Shown: in pieces, positions 35,231 through 44,334 of the stretch | Layout: each line of letters opens with the position of its first letter | How positions within the stretch are numbered: position 1 is the stretch's first letter | NCBI GenBank assembly: GCA_010909165.1 | Contig: MU008193.1 | Span: forward strand, 186,001-250,000 | Length of the DNA: 64,000 nucleotides | DNA from: Anthoceros angustus | Lineage: Eukaryota > Plantae > Anthocerotophyta | Reading direction: 5' to 3' | Made by a program: the position numbers and the translations under genes | The notes under the pieces: generated by a model | The model's input: only the letters and a program-made list of their open reading frames with translations | What the model was told of the DNA's origin: nothing | Databases searched by the model: none

Positions 35231-37547
35231 AAAGCTATGGCGAAAGAGCAAAACGAGGCTGAGTCCCGTGGAGAAAAATGCACAGAGCGAAATCGAGTGT
35301 AGCTGCTTCTGATGACTGAAACAGAGTTCTCTTGTGATTTCAACTGAAACACAGCATCGATGCCTTCCAGCGCCAGTTCCCAAAATTAAATGAAGAATAC
35401 CACCAATTCCCAAAATTGAAGGAAGCAAAACAAGTGACTGAAGAAACATCCTTGTCACTGTACAATTCTTGGTCCTGTGATCATATGCATGCAGAGTATA
35501 GGGTGATAACCTGCCGTCAAAAACCTGGCGTGCATCTTTCAGTTCACCATATTTTGCATACATGTCCACCAGGCAGGCAGGTGCCGACCAGTGTGTCATC
35601 CAGCAGTCCTACTTAGACAATCTGTGTCTGCAGCTGCCTGCCCCCTCTGTAGGGCACCAGTGCCTCAGGCCGAAAGGAGGCCTCCCCGCTCCATTTCTCC
35701 GTACAGAACAAGTGTCTCATGTCCGAGCCCTTGGCGGGCATACCCAGCAAATCAGGGCATTTCATGTCACCACAGTTGGCCCTCTTTACTCAACAGCCTC
35801 CCAGGGCCATCCTGTACAATTGGAGGAGGCACCTCATCAGCCGTGTGTCACTGCCATACAGGCCTTACTAGTTAGGGTTGATTGGGTAGGGGCCCGCGTG
35901 CTGTCGGCCCCCGTTCCAAAATTGCGAATCAATTAAACCTGGAACATGTCGCAGTTCTTCTGGAGTGCGGCATAACCATAGGAGAGGAAAGCACTGGATT
36001 ATATTCCCACAGGTTGGTCCGTCAACTGAGCGGTCCAATGTGGGGTAATTGTTCGTTCTCCACTCTTCACTGTTCCGGCCGGTGTAGGCAGTTACATTGT
36101 GCCTGTTGTTTTAGCATGCCTTGTTTTGGCGAGCAGAGGCAGGCGATATGTGAAGAGCGGGCGGATTGAACACTTTCCCCAAGAAGCTGGCCAGAGGTCT
36201 GTCTCAACACCTGCCGTTTAAATGAAAAACCTTCTTACTTCCGGCCATGCATGCTGCTTAGAATTGATAGGGTAGGGGCGTTCGACGCATGCTTCCAGCC
36301 GCCATCCCGCCAGATCAACAAAGCCTTCACAAGGGAGTTGCCGGATCAACAATGGAAGTTTGGCCCATTCCTTAGTTAGGAAAGGTGACATTTTCCTCGA
36401 AGGGGAGGGCGTAGGGTGATACTGCCACAGCTGGCCATGTCAGTGGACGGTCCAATGTGGGATACTTGTGCACTGTCCAGTCTTCACTCTTCCAGCCTGC
36501 TAGGGGCCCTCGTGCTTCCGGCCATGCATGCTGCTTAGAATTGATAGGGTAGGGGCCTTCTATGCATGCTTCCAGCCCCAGTTCCAAAGTTGCAAAACGT
36601 AAGAAACCGAGTATACTTGCAAAGTGGCTAACCGGCCACAAATTTTACAGTATGTGACGGAAAGCAGAGCATAAGGTGATAACAATGGAGCAGTAGTGGT
36701 GTAGTGGAAGGCTGATTCGCTTCCATGTCCAGGCCCGAGTTGGATTCTCGGTTGGTGTATGTGTTGATATCATGCAAACTACATTAGTTCATTGTTGGCC
36801 CAATGTCTCGTCATTCTTGGCTCACCACTTTCCATATTCCGCCAGCGAAGGCATGGTGCGCTGCCGAAGAAGACAGAGCAAAGGCTCTGTCGCCTGCCGT
36901 GATGGCCATGTACGTTTGCCTAAGACGGTCATTACCCTACATTTTGTATGTAATCGGCCGACTACATTCTTCCGAGCCTACATTAGTACATGCTGCTTAG
37001 GCTTGACAGGGTAGGGGCCTACTTGCTTCCAAGTTCCGACCCCCGTTCCAAAAACGTGTTCACTCTGAGAGAGGATTCGGAAAATCCTCCATGCCCCTAC
37101 TGGGAGACAAGAGGTTTATATTGGCACAGCGTGTGCCATAGACTGAGCGGCCCGATGTGGGATAATTGATGGCTCTCCACTCCTCACGGTTCCCGCCAAT
37201 CTATACATTGACATGGTCCTGGCCCCTGTTCGTTTTGCATGCCTTGTTTTTTGGCGAGCAAGTTTAGGCAGATGAAGGTGTGAAGTGTCAGGCATGCAAA
37301 CGGCATATTCTTGCGTCTCTTGGGACGCTGGAACGAGTGGGATTGTGACCAGTTGAACTGGCAGTGATGCCGGAGTGGGAGCTGCAGTCCGGAATTCGCA
37401 AGGGTGTGTAGACCGCCCAATACAGATGTATCCGCACTGCTCCTGGGAGTACAAATGCGGCTACCCGCCGCTGCGTTTCTCATCCCTCGGCACTCGGTGT
37501 CTGGCGTTGTCTGGGATTGTGGATAGGAGATCTGCAGTGGTGTCGCC

Positions 37548-39634
37548 ATGGGTCGCTCTCTGTTTTGGGTGTTGGGTTTGCTCCTGGTGGCGTCCTTTGC
37601 GACAGGGGAGCGTGAGGAGCTTCGGCTGGGAGAGCCGGAGGAGGTGTTCCGCACTGATGGAGGTCGGGTCGAGCAATGGCAGCCCGATAACCGGGCTCTG
37701 AGAGATGCTAACGTTGCATCCGCCAGGGTCGTGCTCAAGCAACGTGGTCTGTTCCTGCCCAAGTACTCTGATTCTGCGGCCGTCGGGTATGTCGAAGAAG
37801 GTGAGAGGATAGCAGAAGGTGTTGGTGAATATGGGTGCTGAAGATCGTTCTTTGTTTTGTTTGATTTGAGGTCGAGCTGAAAGTTTGTCTCCTGTCGACG
37901 GCGCCCGCATGTGCAGGTGAGGGCATTCTGGGCGTTCTGAGCGGGTACGCTGAAAGCTCCAGAATCCGTCGGGTGAGGCGCGGCGATGTCGTTGCCTTAC
38001 CTCGGGGAGTAGCTTCATGGTGGTACAACAGCGGCAATGAGGAGCTCCGCATCCTCGGCTTCGCCGACACATCTGCATCAGAGAACGGGGAGTACAATGT
38101 AAGCGCTTGCTTGTGGTGTGGAGCGACATCCATGTTTTGGGCACGGGTGCACATGGGTTTGCAAATTTTGGTGGGTGCCGAGTTCGGTATCCGAATGTGT
38201 ATGTTCGCTGCGCAGGCGTTCTATCTGGCCGGTGGAGGACGAGGTGAAGGCAGGAGGAGGCTGAACCGAGGGAAAGGCGGCGAGCGCCGGGAACGGGAAC
38301 GGGAGGAACGCGAGCGCCGGGAACGGGAACGGGAGGAACGCGAGCGCCGGGAACGGGAACGGGAGGAACGCGAGCGCCGGGAACGGGAGGAGCGCGAGCG
38401 CCGGGAACGGGAGGAGCGCGAGCGCCGGGAACGGGAGGAACGCGAGCGCCAGGAACGGGAGGGGGACGAGAACGGAGGAGAACGTAAGGAACGTGAGAAA
38501 CGCGAGCGTGAGGAACGCGAGCGACGCGAACGGGAGGAGCGGGAACGAGAACGGGAGCGTGAGCGCGAACGGGAACGGGAGGAGCGTGAGCGGGAACGGC
38601 GGCGAAGGGAGCGTGAAGATCGCAAGCACGGAGGGCACGGACGGGAGCAGGAGGAGGAGTACGGCTCGATTCTCCAAGGTTTCAGGAGAGAGTTTTTAGC
38701 TGAGGCCTGGGATCTGGACGAGGCCAGAGTGGACGAGCTGCTGGACAGCCAGAGGGGCTCGGCTATCGTCTTGGTTGATCGTGAAATCAGGGTGCCCGAG
38801 TTCGAGCAGGAGGAGGAGTTGAACAGGGAGGAGGGTCGTAGCATCTCCCGATCCGCCGAGAGGGCCGATGCTCATCTCCGCGAGTACCTGGCCAGCGGAG
38901 AGTTTGTGTTCAACGTTCGCGAGGGATCTGCTGATGTGCGCGTCCGCGATGCTGGTTTCTACAACAGCGTCAACAGGTTCAAGCTGCCCATCCTCAGGGC
39001 TCTCGACTTGGGTCTCACTTACGGCCGTCTGGAGAACGTATGTTACGTTTTTTCCAGATCTTTTATGGTTTCTGCAGATTTTGCATGCAGTTGTGATTAC
39101 TCACGAATCCGAATTGGGGTTTCTGCAGAATGCAATTCTGGCTCCTCAGTGGTCGCCCACGGGACATGAGGTGGTGCATATCTTGAGGGGTAGTGGCAAC
39201 TTGCAGGTGGTGAGTCACAATGGGGAGCAGCTTGTGGATAGGGAAGTGCGGGAAGGTGAAGCGTATGTGATTCCCCGTTTCCATGCCCACGGCGTTCAGG
39301 CTGGCAACGAAGGCTTGGAGTGGATCAGCTTCTACACCACCGACCAGTGAGTGTTCCTGCCTGCTTTTTAGCTTTGCTCTGCTGGTGTCTGTCTGCTTGG
39401 AACTTGTCTTGTTTATTTGCCGGACATCGCATGTGCAGGCCCCTCGTGGAAGCTCTTGCAGGCAGGACCTCCGTGCTGAGGAGGCTTCCGGAGGAAGTGG
39501 CAGCAGCAGCCTTCAACATCGATGTTGCTCAGGTGCGCGAAGCAAGAGAGACTCGGAGGGCTGAGGAGCCGCTTCTGCTGCCAGCTGGAAAGAGCCACCG
39601 CGAGAGGAAGCATCCCTTCCTCGCCACCTTCTGA
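37548..39634 (+). CDS. 11S/legumin-like bicupin, secreted, copy 2 with Arg/Glu repeat insertion, 556 aa
   Basis: Exons 37548-37800, 37917-38098, 38216-39037, 39129-39346, 39439-39634; introns GT-AG at the same positions as copy 1; 1671 nt in frame. Confidence 0.92.
38281..38630 (+). repeat. Coding minisatellite (Arg/Glu-rich)
   Basis: Three perfect 30-mers CGAGCGCCGGGAACGGGAACGGGAGGAACG (38281-38370), three 24-mers (38371-38442), then degenerate ER codons. Confidence 0.95.
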
Positions 39635-40847
39635 AAAGCTGCAGAAACGTGTTTCAACTTGTCTAAGTGCAGATCAGTGCTCCACCTTGTAGTAGGAATT
39701 GCCAAGCAAGTCTTACAAGGGTGGGAAGGACAATTTTGTTAGTGCCAGTCAGCAGCGAGGGGGGTTCCTCTGTTTCGCTAAGAGGATGTTAGCCTTTCCA
39801 TGTAAATAGACTACTTTTGCGTTAAGTACTAAGACGAAGTTTCCTTTCAGCACCTCCAAAGCGTTGTCATCTTTGTACCCCCCTAATGTGTCGACAGACA
39901 GACAGACTCCTTACACTTTGAGCCCCCCCCTTATCGATCGACAGGCATATCCCTTTGTCAGTATTCTTGTCTCATTTAGTAGGATTTGTGCCTCTCGGAT
40001 GATTTGTGAAGGCTGTATTGATTAGACTGTTTTTCAGTAGTACTGACCAAACTGCTGGTTTGTAGAGGCTTTGCTGCTAACAAATCAACAGAATGACGGA
40101 GACTTGAGACAGCCTGGAGTTGCCTCACAAAACGCCTCACAAAGCTTGAGAGAACTCTAGAACCTCTCACCAAACATCCTTTTTTGTTAATGACAACATG
40201 TAAGTCATGACGAAGTAGAAAACACGCATTTAGCTGTTCCGCACGTTGTCAAAAAGATGGGTTTGTGACGACTTGCAGATGCACCAATTCGACCTCCAGA
40301 GTCCAGATTCTCGATCCACATGCTGGGCCGATACACAAAGCGGTGCCTTTGCGCCGCACCCAGTGCCTACATTCGATTTGCAGAGCGAATATAGTACAAA
40401 CATTCTGGAGATCACTAGTACAGTGCCTCTCCAGATTCTCAGTTCACACACGGCGAGAAACTGATAAGCGTGTCCTGGCGCCACACCAGATGCCTACGAG
40501 GTGTCATCTTGTTTGTGCGGAGTAATCGGAGGCGGGGATTTCTCCAAATGCATCGAGACACAAAATTTCACCAGGTGCATGCATCCACGACCTCGCAAGG
40601 GCTGCCTGTACGGGATATTCGACAACCAGTACTTCTGGAGTGGCCTCTTAGCTTGCGTCTGTTGGAACTTGGAACAGAGGCGGTAAACTGCCAGTGTTAC
40701 CCAAGAGTGACTGCATGTTGATTGCATTTGCCATATCCGCCCCTGCCATCCAGTAGTACAAATGCTGCTCGCCTCGTCTGGCTCTCTCATCTAGCATTTC
40801 AGCTTGTTCCCTCTGGTACCCACAACATCCATCTGGAAGTGGTCACC

Positions 40848-42566
40848 ATGGGTCGCTCTTTGGCTTTATTCTTGGGCCTGCTGCTTGTGGCATCCTTCGC
40901 CAGCGCCCACGGTGAGGAGCTCCAACTCGGAGAGCCCCGTGAGACCCTGCGGACCAATGGAGGACAGATCGAGGAATGGGACGTTCGGGTTCTGAGAGAT
41001 GCCAACGTCGCAGAAGCCAGGATCATTCTCAGGCCGCGTGGCCTGCTCCTGCCCCAGTACTCTGATTCCGCTTCCGTAGGGTATGTTGAGCAAGGTGAGT
41101 CTGACATGACAAGATTCTGGACATCCTGTCCAAATCCGATGAAACACATTTGATCAGGCCGGATGTGCAATGCGCAGCAGCATGTGGGATTAAGCGATGC
41201 TGCTTGAAACGCAGGAGAGGGCATTGTGGGTCTTTTGAGCGGCTACTCCTTGGGCGAGTCCTCTGCAGTCCGCCGTGTGAGGCGTGGCGATGTCGTTGTC
41301 TTCCCCCGAGGAGTTGCCGGATGGTGGTACAACAGTGGCAACGAAGACCTCCGCACCCTGTGGATCTCAGACACATCTGCTTCACCGAACGGTGATTACC
41401 ATGTAAGTGTTCCAGACGTACCAGTAAAGAGATCTTACGCCTTGCGCAGCAAATTGTGCAATTCTCACGACTCCAAGACGGGTTCTTCCATTGCTGTGCC
41501 TGCAGCCATTCGATCTGATCGGCGGAGGAAGCGGGGAAAGCAGGAGGGAACGGCGCCGGGAACGGGAATATGAGCGTGAGGAACGTGGGCAGGAGGAATT
41601 CAGAGGAGTCCTCCACGGCTTCAGGAGGGAATTCCTGGCTGATGCCTGGGACCTGGACGAGAGCCGAGTGGACGAGCTGCTGGACAGCCAGAGGGGCGCT
41701 GGGATTGTGCTGGTTGAGCGTGAGATCAGGCTTCCGGAACAGGCCAACTGGGAAGAAGGCCGCAGCTTCTCTCGATCCGCCGACCGGGCCGACCCTGACC
41801 TCCGGGAGTACCTTGCGAATGGGGAATTCGTCTACAACGTTAGGAGGGATCTGCCGATGTGCGCGTCCGGGATGCTGGTTTCTACAACAGCGTGAACAGG
41901 TTCAAGCTGCCCATCCTCAAGGCTGTCGACCTGGGTCTCACATACGGCCGCCTCGAGAGCGTACGTTTTCACAACCCACCCATCCCCTTCAATGCTTTTT
42001 GACCGATGCTCCACAGCGCTCTGTTTAATGCTCCTCGTCTGCTGTTTGATGCATGCAGAACGCCATCGTGGCTCCCCAGTGGTCACCCACGGGACATGAA
42101 GTCGTCCACATCCTGAGGGGCAGCGCTAATCTGCAAATCGTTAACAACAACGGGGAGCAGCTTCTGGACAGGGAAGTGAGGGAAGGTGACGCCTATGTGG
42201 TTCCCCGTTTCTATGCCCACGGCGTCCAGGCCGGCGACGAAGGCCTGGAATGGATCAGCTTCTACACCACCCACCAGTGCGTGTCCTAACAATTCGTTTT
42301 CAGATTTGATTCTGGCTTGCAAAAAGCATTGCACTGACTACTACTTGCATTTGCATTGCAGGCCTCTTGTTGAGGCTCTTGCAGGCAGAACATCCGTGCT
42401 GAGGCAGCTCCCGGAGGACGTGGCCGCTGCAGCTTTCAACATTGATATCGAGCAGGTCCGAGAAGCTAGGGAAACCCGAAGGGAGCGTGAAGCTCTGTTG
42501 CTGCCTGCTGCAGGCCGCCACCGCCAGAGGAAGGCTTCTGTCGCCAGCAGGTTCCTCAAGTTTTAA
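40848..42566 (+). CDS. 11S/legumin-like bicupin, secreted, copy 3 (recent duplicate of copy 1; one-base frameshift as assembled)
   Basis: Exons 40848-41094, 41215-41402, 41506-41960, 42059-42276, 42362-42566; total 1313 nt, one short of frame; AGGGAGG in copy 1 is AGGAGG at 41842-41847. Confidence 0.85.
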
Positions 42567-44334
42567 AGAGCTATGGGGAAATAGCAAAGCGAGTCTGAGT
42601 CCCGTAGAGAAAAATGCACAGAGCGAGATCGAGTGTAGCTGCTTCTGATGACTGAAACAGAGTTCTCTTGTGATTTCAACTGAAACACAGCATCGATGCC
42701 TTCCAGCCCCAGTTCCCAAAATTGAATGAAGAATATCACCAGTTCCCAAAATTGAAGGAAGCAAAACAAGTGACTGAAGAAACATCCTTGTCACTGTACA
42801 ATTCTTGGTCCTGTGATCATATGCATGCAGAGTATAGGGTGATAACCTGCCGTCAAAAACCCGGCGTGCATCTTTCAGATCACCATATTTTGCATACATG
42901 TCCACCAGGCAGGCAGGTGTCGACCAGTGTGTCATCCAGCAGTCCTACTTCGACAATCTGTGTCTGCAGCTGCCTGCCCCTCTGTAGGGCACCAGTGCCT
43001 CAGGCCGAAAGGAGGCCTCCCCGCTCCATTTCTCCGTACAGAACAAGTGTCTCATGTCCGAGCCCTTGGCGGGCATACCCAGCAAATCAGGGCATTTCAT
43101 GTCACCACAGTTGGCCCTCTTTACTCAACAGCCCCCAGGGCCATGCTGTACAGCTGGAGGAGGCACCTCATCGGCCGTGTCTCACTGCCATACAAGCAAT
43201 GCTAGTTAGGGTTGATTGGGTAGGGGCCCGCATACTGTCGGCCCCCGTTCCAAAATTAAGTGTTGATTAAGCATTGGACATGTCGCAGCTCTTCTAGAGT
43301 GCGGCATAATCCGTGGAGAGGAAAGCACTGGATTATATTCCCACAGGTTGGTCCGTCACCTGAGCGGCCCAATGTGGGGTAATTGTTCGTTCTCCACTCT
43401 TCACTGTTCCGGCCGGTGTAGACATTTACATTGTGCCTGTTGTTTTAGCATGCCTTGTTTTGGCGAGCAGAGGCAGGCGATATGTGAAGAGCGTGCGGAT
43501 TGAACACTTTCCCCAAGAAGCGGGCCAGAGGTCTGTCTCAACACTTGCCGTGTGCCGGCAACTCAAGTTGCCCAATGTGGGGGGATGGCTTTTGCTCGAC
43601 ATCCACTGCTTCGTCCTGTGTAGGACAACGTTCCTGTCCGTTCTTGGAGACCTTGTGGAGTCTTGTCGGCTGCCCAAAGACAAAATGAGGAGCAACCAAG
43701 AGCCGAGCATACAGTGTAGAGACATACCAGCCAGCGGCAGGAGATTGAATGAAGCAGATCTAGATCAAATAAAATTCTTCTTCTTCTTCTTGATGTACCA
43801 ATTCAGATGCCATGGCCTCTGCGTATCCTCTCTACGCTCTCTTGAAGTTCAGGCGAGTACTTCAATTCCTCTTCAAGTACAGCAGCATAGGAAGTTTTCA
43901 TTGTGGCCGCATGTTGGTGGGGATTGGGGGGGATTGATGGTACCTTGGGAGGAATTCGAGAAACATCTTGTGGAAGCTGCAGCTCACCAAATCAGTGTGC
44001 CCGTGGAAGAGAACGGATAGTGGGGTTCAGGCACCACATCAATGTAAGGTAAGCCCGCACTGCTCGACCAGCCCACCCAGGTAGCCCGGTGTCTTGGCGC
44101 CGCGCCAGATGCCTGCAGGCCACTTGTGATACGGAATCCGAAGCACATGTGGAGATGGGCAAGCCCCCGCAGGAACCAGGGGCATGCACTAGTACTGCTT
44201 ACTACTCGCAAGGCTCGCTTGCATGCATATGCGATCTTCTTAAAACACTCCACCGCAGTCCGACTCTGTTTAAGACTGGAATGGGTGCGGCAAACTTGTT
44301 GAGGTTATGGCGATTAGAGCCCTGATTAGGGCAC

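Noticed and set aside
38078-38844. Minus-strand ORFs with SRSRSR tracts resembling an SR splicing factor
   Set aside because: Antisense shadow of the Arg/Glu coding repeat in globulin copy 2; no RRM.
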